From Macrostomum lignano (Eukaryota): a stretch of 64,000 nt of DNA. Positions within the stretch are counted from its first letter, which is position 1. Each line of letters opens with the position of its first letter. Positions 35,907 through 48,200 of the stretch are shown here, one piece after another. Where the stretch lies: the NCBI GenBank assembly GCA_002269645.1, contig NIVC01000217.1:682001-746000 (forward strand), written 5' to 3'. The position numbers and the translations under genes were made by a program. The notes beneath the pieces were generated by a model. That model searched no databases, was not told where the DNA came from, and was given only the letters and a program-made list of their open reading frames with translations.

Positions 35907-37444
35907 AATTCGTAACTAAATATTGTTGTGACTATTCTGTTTGATCCGAGTGATTTGACGGTTTTTAAACAATTTGATTGTCAAAGCTTGATCAAAGTAA
36001 ACGTCATGAAATACATTACAGTATTAACTACTAAGTAAAATTATGGATTTCATCTTTGCTTATTATAGAAGATGGGCACGTTAGCTTTCAAATACATGTT
36101 GCTTATTCTATAAAAAAGAAACCAAGGACCACTAGACTTAAACTATAATATAGTAGCTTACAATGAAATAGTAACAGTTTTTTTTGGTATTAGTAAAGAC
36201 AGCTTTAATTGCTACTTTAAGTAATGCTTTATGAGCGCAAAGAATATTAAATAATAATTCAGCATTTGCGAAGAAGAGGTAACAATTTGGCCGATATGAA
36301 AGTCATTGAAAAATCTTTCAAGAGTTGCCTGTCACAGACCTGAACATAGCTCTTATCAGTAATAATGGAGCTTAACGTCCAAAAGTTTATACCGTTGGTG
36401 TACAGTATTAACTTTTTAAGTGCTCTTTAAGAGATAAATCTTGCTTAGGCAACGTTTTTGTATCACAATTTAAATTTGCCTACGAAGTATCGATCGACAG
36501 GGAAATACATTTAAAAAAATTTTGTTTAAAAGTTAAAGAAAAAATAGTAATAGAAATAGAAAGATTATCGATTAAGATTGATTCCAGCTTGAATATTAGT
36601 AGCAAGAGCAAATATCGTGGCATCAAAATAAAAAATGAAAAAAAATGATTACATATAAATTTATCAGTTACGTGTATTACGCTTAATCAAACATGCCAAA
36701 GGGTACAGGAATAAAAGAAAAGAGCGCATAAAAGTAGAGACTAAAAAATTAACCGACTTCACGTCCTTTCAGTTCCTGTCGGCATAAGTCCTGTCTTTAA
36801 AAGACTTAGCTGTACACCATAATGTAACTGCATTGCACATACTTGCTAGATTGACCCAGCTATGGGTGTAACCCATAATTTATAATATAATATAAATTAT
36901 GGGTGTAATTTATAATATAAACTGCACATACCACACGTGACCATTCATTATACAGTTTTACCTATTAGAATGAGCACGCAAATCTATATTTAAAGCCTGT
37001 GGTCAGCCGTAGGGGTAGCCTATAGGGGTCTATAGCGCGTCGTTCTGATGTGCCAGCGTCCCAGGCTCGATTCCAAGTTTAACGCCTTTGTGGGCCAACC
37101 CCAAATCTCAGTGAAGTGTACATGCCTAACGATTAAATCAATTTAGGACCGCTGTACACTCCTGGGTGAGTTTGTGACTGTGCGTATGACTCCGATATGT
37201 ATCCGCGCACTTGTGTGCCAGCTCAGGGGAGTCGGCGCGAGGAATGGGCAGTAAATGCCTTTCGCCGGTTGTGTGACAATGTCGCTTAAAGTGCGCCCCG
37301 TTAAACACAGACCCACTGACTCTAACTAAGTCAGGAGATGAAAGTTCTGCTGACAAGTGGCATATTGAATATTTTTTCCAAAAGTTCGATAATGCAAATA
37401 AAATGATCGTTGCTCAAATTCGATGAGTCTATGGATTTTTTCTT

Positions 37445-38461
37445 TTAAGTGTCTTGGCAAAAGTTGTCCAGCTGCTGCAGCTCAGCCTCCGTGAGCGCCT
37501 CCTTGGCTATAGCGTAACAAATCATCCGGCCTTGAAGAGCAGCACCAGAATCGGTTGAGTAGCCAAGACGCAAGCAGCTGGGAGTTCCAGACGGATTGTA
37601 GCCGGTACTAACGCCAGGACCAATGAAAGATCCATTCAGATAAAAGTTATTTAGACTGCCAACAGAGAACACAGCTCCGACGGATGCTAATTGAAGAGTG
37701 CCATCTGCCAGCAGCACTGCACTACTGCTGCTCTGAGAGACAAAAGTTGCATCGTGATACGATAGATGTTCAACGAATAATCTACCGCCCTGTTCACCCA
37801 AGTAACCTCGCTTGTTGTTAGTCGAACAATCATAGAAATGGTGATAGACTTGCGCATTGTGCGCATTTCTAAGTAACCTGACAAAGAAGGTAAAGCTTTT
37901 TGTCTTTGTCAGGAAGCTCGGGACGAGAGTGTTGCCATCGTTGTCAACTTCAATATAGCTACTAACTCCTCCTGGAAAATAGGCACCTGAGGAGGTCTGC
38001 GAGATGGTACCGTAAGGAGTGACATTATACTTAGCCGGATTAACCAGGTTGCTGTAGCCCTGCCTGAAGTCGTACAGTAGAAGCAGTTTCGAAGCCAGTG
38101 CGGAATCGAGTCCAGGCACTTGAGGCGCGGCTGCAGCGGTTGCCGCATTCTTGAAGTAGCTCACACATCCAGCAGCTGCAGGTGGGCTGGCGGGTGTAAA
38201 AATTGAACTCAGCTGAAATGCAGTGCCAAAATAGCAAATACCTTCCTGGCTTCGGTAAGTGGCCGCGCAGTCGGTTCTGGTTGCACATTTGTACACGCAG
38301 AGCTCTACCGAATGACTTCCTTCTAGCTTTTGTAGCTGTGAGATTTTCGCAGTTTCTGGGCACTTGTCCGTTTTAGCGAACTTTATAGAACTGGTCGGAG
38401 AGCAGCCGTGAGCAGTTGTCACAGCTGACCAAAGAATCAGGGGGAATAACACAGCCTGCAT
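37445..38461 (-). CDS. Secreted PAN/apple + LamG/ConA-like protein, duplicate copy
   Basis: Translation identical to 29919-30935. Confidence 0.85.
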   Translation of the reverse strand: MQAVLFPLILWSAVTTAHGCSPTSSIKFAKTDKCPETAKISQLQKLEGSHSVELCVYKCATRTDCAATYRSQEGICYFGTAFQLSSIFTPASPPAAAGCVSYFKNAATAAAAPQVPGLDSALASKLLLLYDFRQGYSNLVNPAKYNVTPYGTISQTSSGAYFPGGVSSYIEVDNDGNTLVPSFLTKTKSFTFFVRLLRNAHNAQVYHHFYDCSTNNKRGYLGEQGGRLFVEHLSYHDATFVSQSSSSAVLLADGTLQLASVGAVFSVGSLNNFYLNGSFIGPGVSTGYNPSGTPSCLRLGYSTDSGAALQGRMICYAIAKEALTEAELQQLDNFCQDT

Positions 38462-38793
38462 TCTGTTGTTAGCTCGATCTGTATGCGTTGTGTCAGTAGA
38501 GAGTTGGCTTGCTAAGCAGTCTGGCACTTGAAATTAATCGCTTTAGAGATGCTTCCATGAAAGTCGCCCAGGGCAACCAAGAGTAGCTTTGGTCTGCCAG
38601 CCAATTGAAGAGCTCATGTGACCAGTGCTGCTCAGCCACTAGTGAGTTTACTGTTGGAATAAGACAGGTTTTGGGGTATACCACAACATCAAGCGCCCAC
38701 TTCTATGTACATGCAGGGCAGGGGCGTATAGGTATGAGGGCAGGGGGCCGCGGACCCTCTATTAAGCTGGCAGAAATGATGGAGTCTCTTAAG

Positions 38794-39209
38794 ATGGTGT
38801 CCCTTACGATGGCGTCCCTTACGATGGCGTCCCTTACGATGGCGTCCCTTACGATGGCGTCCCTTACGATGGCGTCCCTTACGATGGCGTCCCTTACGAT
38901 GGCGTCCCTTACGATGGCGTCCCTTACGATGGCGTCCCTTACGATGGCGTCCCTTACGATGGCGTCCCTTACGATGGCGTCCCTTACGATGGCGTCCCTT
39001 ACGATGGCGTCCCTTACGATGGCGTCCCTTACGATGGCGTCCCTTACGATGGCGTCCCTTACGATGGCGTCCCTTACGATGGCGTCCCTTACGATGGCGT
39101 CCCTTACGATGGCGTCCCTTACGATGGCGTCCCTTACGATGGCGTCCCTTACGATGGCGTCCCTTACGATGGCGTCCCTTACGATGGCGTCCCTTACGAT
39201 GGCGTCCCT
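38794..39209. repeat. 15-bp minisatellite, ~27-28 units
   Basis: Directly visible. Confidence 0.97.
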
Positions 39210-39539
39210 AAAAAGCGACCCCAAGGTTGAAGACCCCGCGGTGGCACCTCTGGCTACTGGCGCCCCTCGCTGTCGCTGGCGCTCCCCAAAGACGCAGCCC
39301 CCCTCCCCTGCAATTGAAAAATATACACATCAAAGACTCGCGGGAGGACATTCAAACTGCTTTTAAATTTTATGGTTTTTCAAGTCAGGCAGACTTTAAT
39401 CAGCTTCTTGGGGTATTAGAAATCTAGTGACAGAATGCAAAAAAATTATTACAATTTCTACGCTCGTATGAGTATTGCAGATATGCTGCACTGTAAAGCC
39501 TGTAGTTAAAGTGCTGACTCCTCTCGCGCCCACGGTAGA

Positions 39540-40360
39540 GTGCGTCTGCTTCAAGAACTCCTTTTTCTATTGTTTAGCAACGCCATCTCAGGTCTTTCAA
39601 CCATCTCCTACCTTCTTGCATTCAACCCATCTGCCTTTCTACTTCTAATGGCTTGTCCTCAGTTGACGAAACCCCTCATTATGGAGCTGCAAGACAAGAC
39701 AGCTGTGCCTGCTCACGGTTGCTCAATAGGCCTCCGCTCCTACTAAATTTTTGTCCTAAATTATTGATTTGCAGTCGCTGCATCCATGACAAGGCCTGTC
39801 AAATTCTCGCATCTTTGGAAGCCAGCAGCATTTTTTTTCTTAACTTGACGACTTGACAATTTACAGAGCTAGGCAAAGCAATAAAATTTAGGCGGATGTA
39901 AAAGCAACATTACTACTTTTATAAAAATAAAAAGTAACATGTGAGGCATGTTTGGTCTTTTGTTTTGTATTGGACTAACGTAAAAAGAACGTATAAAATT
40001 ATTCTTTTTAGTAAAAAAATCGATTTTGGTCACACCAACCCGTCCGAGTGTGCTCCCAATCATCGCAGCCGCTCGAGAGAATCATTTTCAGTGAACCAAA
40101 CTCAAACTACCAATCGAGATTGACACCGCGATGGATTCTGTCTGACAACAATCTACTTGAACTCAGCTCTTGTAACTTTACCTTTTCTGTAAATCTGATG
40201 AGACAGACTTGGAACCAGTAGAATATTACATGTTTCACGACTGCAACGAGCTAAATTCTGAGATCGTATCGCCAAGTATCCGTATCTGGATCAACGGAGA
40301 TGGTAGGGTTCAAATGCCGTTGAACAGGGCCCACTCAGCTGGGATAACTGGAAAATGAGC
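39540..40360 (+). pseudogene. Decayed, inverted member of the PAN-LamG family
   Basis: IEIDT (40113), NFTFSVNLMRQTWNQ (40174-40218) and, after a 1-nt frameshift, EYYMFHDCN (40221) align with IEVDT / NFTFYARAVRQTWGQQHYHYFHDCN of the 17135 gene. The signal-like and CSRCIHDKAC remnants upstream are weaker. Confidence 0.65.
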
Positions 40361-40628
40361 CGCAAAGCCTGAAGAACTTGTGAAGTAAAGCCAGAAATAT
40401 CATTCATCTTGTCAGTGAAATCTATAGCTTTTGGAGACACCAATGGTAGTTATTTTTTGAGTTGCTAAGATTTTTGTTATAATAGTACATTATATGCGCA
40501 TCGCAGACTGTATTTACTCTTGCACCATTAAATTTGTATTCACTTTTTTACCGATAAAAAAACAATATATATTTATATTTATATTCAAAGCTCGTACGAG
40601 CTATTTTATGGTGTTCGTTTACGTTTAT

Positions 40629-42114
40629 TGATGAGGACGCACTTTTTTCCAAATCCCGCGCTAGCACATGGGCTCTAAACTTACTAGCCGTAGGCAATGA
40701 GCATTTTTATTATTTTTCTGCGAATTGTCATAGAATCTATACTAGATATAATTTTTGGTCATATTAGTAGTCATAATAACATAGGCGCAGCTTTTTGGAT
40801 CATAAATCATCGTTTTCGAAGCTGGTCTGACAGCCACCTGCGCCTCACTGAGTGTTGAGGCGGGCGCCAGATGGTCTGAGGGGATGCGGGCGGTAGCTTT
40901 TCTCTCATCATTTTGACAGGCCATCAAGATTTATGAGGTCAGGGCCGATTGCTCGTGTTCACTCAAGCGTGTGACAGCTTTGACAGCTATGCGTTTTACC
41001 CCTAAAAGTACTTTTGGATTAGCGATCAGTGATTTCTCTTCATTATCTTCACTTTCTATTCAATAGGAGCTTTCTAATGTATATTTTTTCATTAAATTTT
41101 GTCAATTCTACGAGAAAAGTCATAAATCCTTTTGTTGCGATTTTGATTGATTTATGGCCGCACCTGTACATGTTTTTACGACCCCGAGGGAACTGATAGG
41201 ATCTCCGGTCACGTGATTCTGTAGCAACAAGCTTAGCCAATCAGAAAATTCGACGCTCATTTTAACAAATCGGCTCAGCCAATCAGAATCGACGTGTTCC
41301 ATTATAACAAACTGCGGTCCAGTTGGCGGCTATTTAAACTGGTGTTTTCGGCCCGCACGGACTCCAACTTGCTCGGAACCGGCTCTCCCGCGAAGGAACC
41401 TTCCCGACATTTCTGGTTCCCGGAGCCCGACCGTCGTTTCTTGATCCCCGGATTGCGACTTCCCCCCCCCCCCTCATCATCAAGGACGAGTCCCCCGGTC
41501 ATCAGCAGCGAACATCAAAGTTAAGATCATCACCTGCTAGTTATCTGCGAAGACTGTGACAGCATCATCCCGAGTCTACAGCTGCGAAGCATCAAGCCGA
41601 TTCGGTCACTGTGGATTACTCGTACCTGGTCTCCGGCTGTTGAGTTTCTGATTGGTTGGGTGAGAGGCTACCTAGACTTGCTTGATTGGGTGATTCCCTA
41701 TCTGTCCCTTGTTTCAGTAGCTGGATTAGGCGCACACTACTTTTGCTCTTTTTGTTCAGTAGTGCTGTTGCTGAGGCAGAAGACATTCAATAATACTGCT
41801 AGTAGTCTAAAACTCCAATTCAATCTGAAGTGTGAAGTGATCTGAGGAGAAGGTTAAATCTGACAGTTATTTTTATCGGTTTTATTTCTTTGTTCGCCGA
41901 TGGCTCAGATGAGTAGCTAAGCTAGTAGGCGCCGGTCACAGTGGACCAATGGCAAGGCAGTTCTCAGCTGTCGATCAATCTATCAAATCAGTTAGCAAAA
42001 CTTCCAGAAGTGCAGAATTGGCGCCAGAGATGTACTTTGTGCACTCTAGGTTAGCCAAGCGGCTCGGGTAATGAATCATGCGAGGTCTCTGAAGTTCAAG
42101 TTTGCCTATCATCA
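40629..42114 (+). repeat. ~1.5-kb LTR-like/unclassified repeat, copy A
   Basis: TGATGA...TCATCA ends, CCAAT at 41237 and 41279, TATTTAAA at 41331; collinear similarity to 43620-45128. Confidence 0.5.
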
Positions 42115-42940
42115 GCTCTAGGAGAGGCTAGTTGGCGCGTTGAAGGCCAAAAGTACAGTTCTTCGTATTTAGCAATGTAATAGTACATGTAGCTACCCCA
42201 TAGTCTCGCAAGAAACATTTGTAAACATTTGTAATAAACATTTGTATTTTCGTTCTGTGTAATTATTCTTCAATTTGTTGATGCACATTTGCTTCTAAGT
42301 TCAACTAACTAGCTTAAGCTAAAAAACTTATTTTGTTTTAAAAAATGCTTCTGTGGTTCTTCATTGCTATACATTTATAATATTTATTTTTGTGAAATCA
42401 TCTTTGTTTATATGAAAAGCTGATACGACCTGTGCATAAAAATACACAAGTGCTACGTGCATGCCACTATTAACAATTTTTTTACGAAGCCCACATTTTT
42501 GTTCAAAGTTTTCATTGCCCGTCTGTGTGATAGAAAAATGAGGACCTGAAATGTCATAACTTTTCTATCTGCATCATAATAAAATTTTACTTGATGCACA
42601 AATATATCCAAAAAACTCTATACAGACGCCCAATTGAAAGTAGCTTATTCATTAAATAGGCGAGTGACCCATCTAGTGTTTTTATTATCTATGGAGTACA
42701 ATAAGTCTTAGGTATCGGCCTATTGTCAGCTAGAAAGAATGCAAAAGAAGTATCAAAAGCTTTGTTTTGAAGTTCGTCGAACTCGATCTGACGTCGGTCC
42801 GACCTAACACAGACGTCGGATTGTTGTACGGGTATGGTTCGAAGAGTTTTACCGAGTGCGTGTGCTGTGCTGAGTGTCTGTTTCTTTTGTCTCCTTCGAT
42901 CCTATTTAGAGGCTTCGGCTGATTATTATTTTGCCTGCAT

Positions 42941-43371
42941 GACCTCGGATCAGACGTGATTACCCGCTGAATTTAGGTATATTATCAAGCGGAGGAAAAT
43001 AAACTAACAAGGATTCCTCTATAGTAAGGGCGAGTGAACGGGGAAGAGCCCAACACCAAATCCCTTGGCGCAAGTCAACGGGAAATGTGGTGTTAAGGTA
43101 GCCCTTCGTATCAGTCTAGGCGTCTCAAGTCCACCTGATTGTGGCTCGAGCCCAGAGAGGGTGTAAGACCCTTAGAGACGGTGTAAGACCCGTACAGACG
43201 CTCCGACTGATTCCTGGGGTTTACCTACGAGTCGGCTTGTTTGGGAATGCAGGCCAAAGCGGGTGCTAAACTATCCAAGGCTAAATACTGGCACGAGTCC
43301 GATTAGCAGACAAGTACCGTGAGGAAAAGTTGAAAAGAACTTTGAAGAGAGTTCAATAGTACGTGAAACCG
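42941..43371 (+). pseudogene. 28S (LSU) rRNA 5'-end fragment, degraded
   Basis: gacctcggatcagacgtgattacccgctgaattta..agcggaggaaaa..actaac...caagtaccgtgaggaaaagttgaaaagaactttgaa...acgtgaaaccg are hallmark eukaryotic LSU 5' motifs. It has indels, an internal ggtgtaagaccc duplication and an A-rich tail. Confidence 0.92.
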
Positions 43372-43619
43372 CCAAAAAAGCAAAAAACAAGAAAGAAAAA
43401 AGACGTAGAGCCTTTGCCTAAATGCAGAGAATCTACGAAATAATAGGAAAAGAGCAGCAGAGGCAGTTTTACTGGAAGCTTGGAGAACTTAGGATGAGGA
43501 AGATACAACTAACAACAGTATAGATAATCAGTCCAAATTCGGCTCGCGAGCTAATTTCAAATCCGTCTGGCTCGGACGATAGATCTATTAAACCTATTAG
43601 CGATCCGATTACTAGTTTA

Positions 43620-45128
43620 TGTTGAGGACGCACCTTTTTTTCAATTTTAGAATCGCGCATTTTGCTTCGATGCGCTTTTCCCTACTGTCAGTAGGCGAGC
43701 TTAGGAATTTCTCTCCATTCTCTCATCTAGGCTAAGTTCTATACTAATTTATGCCATTACTATTAATTATGTTAAATACTCAATGTACTTCTCTTAGGAT
43801 TCTAATTTTGGATTGTTTACGCGTCTTTGAAGGTCAGACTGTCTGGGTTTGAGACGGATTGACCTCTAACAGTCTAGACAGGCGACTCTAAGTCTGGGAA
43901 GAATGTTTTCAACCCCATTCTGACCCTCAGATTTGCGGCTTTTTCACTGTTTTCAGTGATTTATGACGGTCTAGCTGTCACTTTTGGCTCCAGCCTGGCT
44001 GGGTCAAAGAGGTCTTTCCAGCTTTCTTCCCACTCGCTCTGTAAATTTCTCCTTTGATTTATGGGTGTTTTTCTGTCACTTTTGGCCCCAGGATGTCTAG
44101 ACAAGTGACTTTTATTATGTTTTGCTTATGATTTATGACCGCACCTGTCAACTTCCTGGGGGTCTGAAGGCCACCTGGTGGGGTGGGTTTTGGGGTCTTG
44201 AGCTCAGCCAATCAGAGTCGACCTGACTGCCCCCGGCTCGACCAATCAGAAAATTCGGCGCCAATTTTAACAAAAGCTCTCAGCCAATCAGAAAATTCGG
44301 CGTGTGTTATAACAAATCGGCCACGCGAGAGCTATAAAAGGCAGCAACTCGACCCGCGCTTGAAAACCTTCTTCGGAACCCGGTTCTTGGACGGCCCCTT
44401 CGGCTTCTGCTGCGTCTTTGATGCCCGACCTCCCTTCCCCCGGCAGTTTCGGCTTCAACAGCTAAGTTTCCCTTGAGGGGTATCACCAGTATTCTCGGCC
44501 GTGAACAAAGAGCAGCGACAGCAACCGGCAAGTGAAGAGCGACAGTGTCACGCGTCAGTTAAGATCAGCAGCAGCATCCTGTTTGAGCGCTTCGGTCTCT
44601 GTGGATTCCTTGGCTACCGGCAGATAGGTCCTCTGATTGGTTTGGTGAGAGGCTTTCTTGACCTGCTTAACTGGGTGCACCCTTTGTCTGACCCCTTCCT
44701 AGGTAGTCTAATAATAGGATTTGCACTTTTGCTTACTTGCTTTTGTGGGCCAATCTCGAGGCAGAAGTGTCAGTTAATATTAAAAGTAGCCATTCGCTCT
44801 AACTCTATCTAAAGTGTTTAGGATTGCGTATTGAGTGAGAAAGTTAAATCTGGAAGTTAAAGACTTAGCGTTTTCTTTCTTTTTCGCAATGCCAGCTGAA
44901 ATAAGCGGCTAAATCTAGAGGCAGGGGTCAGAGTGAACCGGAAGCGGCACAGTTCCCAGTCAATCAGTCGATCTCAGAAATCATGATAAGCATGCGAATT
45001 AAGTGCCAGACTGGCGCTTACGCGCGGTCTCAGGCAGCTAAGCGGCTAAAACGGGATAAATAAACGAGTCTGAAGGTCTCCAAAAGTGACAATACATCTA
45101 CATCATCGCTATCCGTCGACGTGTTAAC
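43620..45128 (+). repeat. ~1.5-kb LTR-like/unclassified repeat, copy B
   Basis: Starts tgttgaggacgcac (copy A: tgatgaggacgcac); CCAAT at 44208, 44242, 44261 and 44284; TATAAAAG at 44333; shared downstream blocks. The right end is uncertain. Confidence 0.5.
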
Positions 45129-45659
45129 ACATTTAGTGCCAAAAGCGTGCAGTTACGTGTACTTATACATGTACTTCTGGGAATTTGGTAATGAAATAGT
45201 ACTTTCAGTAGTGTATAGAGGCTCGCCAGCGCAATAATCCCCTGCAGAAGTCCTCTCTGTCCCTGCATGGCCAATGCGATCTTGTCCCAGCAGCGTCCCT
45301 TCTATTCGGCTATGACTTCGAGATTTAGACAGCTAAAATACACTAGATGGCAGGTAAGTGCAGTGTCCCTCTAGTCGGAATTCCGATTTCGATAGCTCCG
45401 GTTTGGTGAGCCGGGGCGCACGGACTGGTGGCAGCGAGTTAGTTAATCTGCGGATTAACTAATATTTCTACATTTCAAATTCTCCCTGCTTGTCTCTCGC
45501 TGTCTTCTCCTAGCTATAGGACCTTGCTGCTCGCCCACAATCTAGCTACCATGGGGCTGACCATCTGACAGGAGTGAGAGGCCAGAGCTCTTAGTGATTC
45601 ATTTCTGAGTTCTGAGGCCCGAAGCTATAGTCTTAAAGAGGCCGAACCCATCATTTAGT

Positions 45660-47380
45660 TAATCCAATTAATATAGACGAAGTGCATTGGGCTATCAGAG
45701 ACTTTGGGAAAACAGCCGCGGGGCCTGATGGGTTAGTAGACATATTAGATAAACTGATAGAAAGGTACTAACCTACTTATTTAACGGTATTACGTATGGC
45801 GAGTGGTAGAACACCTGCCTCTTTTAAGCATTCGAGAACGATTCTCATTCCTAAAGTTGACAAAACTACTTCACCAGCTGACTTTAGACCCCTTTCTATA
45901 GGTAATCTAACTTGCAGAACATACTATTAGATCTTAGCGAGGCGGCTTGCAGCTGAGGTTAGTACAAGCAGCGTTTAAAGGGGCTTTAAATTAGGTCTAG
46001 ACGGGGTTGGTGCTGAAGTAGAATGGGATTTTCTCGGGGTGGCCTGGTAGGTCTTTGAATCCAATGAAGTAGAATGCTGCTTCTTCCCGGTTAGGCACTT
46101 AAGATTACCTTAAGACTCGAGCCTCTTCAGTGGGAAGTTCTCTTAGCTCTCAGTAGCGTAGGTAGTGCCCTAACCCTAAACAAGTCAACGAACTCAGAAC
46201 AGCGTGCAGATTTGCAGATTAAGGAACAAGGCGTTCTAATCAGCAGATCCCCGCCGGGCTCAGGGGTGGCTGGGAAGGCAGTGTTAGCCTCCCTTAGGCT
46301 TGGGCGTCTAAGTTTTAGTCAGGCCAATTGGTGATAGCTCAAATGGGCAACTGAACGAAGTCCGGAAAACTAGACAAGAAGAAGATTCCGAAGACGAATA
46401 GTCAGAATCTCAGGAACTCGGCTACAAATACTGATAACTGAAAACTCCTTGATGGAAACAAGGGGGAGAGGGGTCCTATTTATAGCGCGGGATTCACATC
46501 TGTCCCATTGCACAAGATCTCGTGACTCGTTCTATTTATAGAACTGACGTCACTCATGGCCTCCGGGCACAGTCCCAATGCGCTCAAGACCTCGTGACTC
46601 GTTCTATTTTTAGAACGATCTATATTTATAGCAACATGAATCACTCCTCTCCTTATAGAAGGGAGGGAACCGAAAGCACGTGACTCACTCAGTAAACAGG
46701 ACCAGCGAGTGCAGTAAATTGTTTACTGCACTTTAGGACTCCAAGAACGAGAGACCTGTCATGTGACTGGATCACATGACAGGGGAAAACGAAACTGACG
46801 AAACAGCGACAGCCCACCGGAGAGAAGCTGAGGGCTGAGAAACGAAGGAGCAAAACGGGCAAAACGAGGGAAGGGAGCAGCAACAAACAGACAAAAGGAG
46901 GGAGGCGGGAAGCTGACCAGCGGCAGACAGCAACCCAGGGCGAGGGCGAAGGCAAGGGCGACTGCTGACAAAGTGCGACGCCCAACACCAACTAGCGGAT
47001 CACTACAGTGCGAATCACTTTCTTATCGAAAATATCCTTGCAGAGGCCAGAGCAGGGAACTCACCTCTGTTTTGGCCTTCCTGGACCTAAAACAGCCTTT
47101 GATTCGGTCAAACACCGTACTTTACTTAGAGCACCTAGAAGAGTTGGCATGCCTGAAATCTTAATGAAGTACTTAGATAATCTATATGATAATAATATTA
47201 CTGATACTCGTATTTTTGGGTCAAATACTAAACTTGGGAGGGGTGTCAAGCAAGGCGACCCTTTGTAAGCCAATTCTTTTTAATTTCGTCATTGATGAGG
47301 TCCTTGGCTCTCTCGATCCTCACATAGCCTTCCCAATCGCTGCAGAGAAGGTGAAATCGGCGGCCTTAGCCGCGATTTAA
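45660..47380 (+). mobile_element. Decayed R2-like (RLE-type) non-LTR retrotransposon RT, split by a solo LTR
   Basis: KTAAGPDGL, RTILIPK, DFRPLSIGN, RGF...DGVG | ANHFL, LAFLDL, GRGVKQGDPL, PILFNFVIDEVL; several stops and frameshifts. Confidence 0.8.
46014..47007 (-). mobile_element. Solo LTR (994 bp) with 4-bp TSD GTGC
   Basis: TG...CA ends and GTGC at 46010-46013 and 47008-47011. Removing it rejoins the RT reading DGVGANHF. Confidence 0.8.
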
Positions 47381-47454
47381 TCAAGCGCGGGTAATCGGCG
47401 GGAGTAACTATGACTCGCTTAGACGGGCCGCTTAAAGGTGGTGTGTTACTCTGA

Positions 47455-48200
47455 AGAAAATCATGTAAAAATCACAGAAGCGTCATGTAAAAAGTGGAAG
47501 AAGCGTCAGGTAAAAAAGCATAGAAGCGTCATGTAAATAATCATATAAGCGTCATGTAAACAATCATGGAAGCGTCATGTAAACAATCATGGAAGCGTCA
47601 TGTAAACAATCATGGAAGCGTCATGTAGACAATCATAGAAGCGTCATGTAAACAATCATGGAAGCGTCATGTAAACAATCATGAAAGCGTCATGTAGACA
47701 ATCATAGAAGCGTCATGTAAACAATCATAGAAGCGTCATGTAAACAATCATAGAAGCGTCATGTAAAAATCATAGAAGCGTCATGTAAAAATCATAGAAG
47801 CGTCATGTAGACAATCATAGAAGCGTCATGTAAACAATCATAGAAGCGTCATGTAAACAATCATAGAAGCGTCATGTAAACAATCATAGAAGCGTCATGT
47901 AAAAATCATAGAAGCGTCATGTAGACAATCATAGAAGCGTCATGTAAACAATCATAGAAGCGTCATGTAGACAATCATAGAAGCGTCATGTAGACAATCA
48001 TAGAAGCGTCATGTAAACAATCATAGAAGCGTCATGTAAACAATCATAGAAGCGTCATGTAAAAATCATAGAAGCGTCATGTAGACAATCATAGAAGCGT
48101 CATGTAGACAATCATAGAAGCGTCATGTAAACAATCATAGAAGCGTCATGTAAACAACCATAGAAGCGTCATGTAAAAATCATAAAAGCGTCATGTAAAA
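47455..48200. repeat. 23-bp satellite (agaagcgtcatgtaaacaatcat)
   Basis: Directly visible; degenerate relatives at 52135-52507, 58911-58950 and 59170-59530. Confidence 0.95.

Larger units (their letters stand above)
24142..39209. repeat. Tandem segmental duplication, unit ~7.52 kb (24142-31646 and 31666-39209)
   Basis: All ORFs recur at offsets of 7524-7526 with identical translations. Visible differences: C-run length, a ttttatac/tttttttt site, and array copy number. Confidence 0.97.

Noticed and set aside
42941-43371. Functional rDNA unit
   Set aside because: No 18S or 5.8S, truncated after ~430 nt, with indels in conserved motifs.
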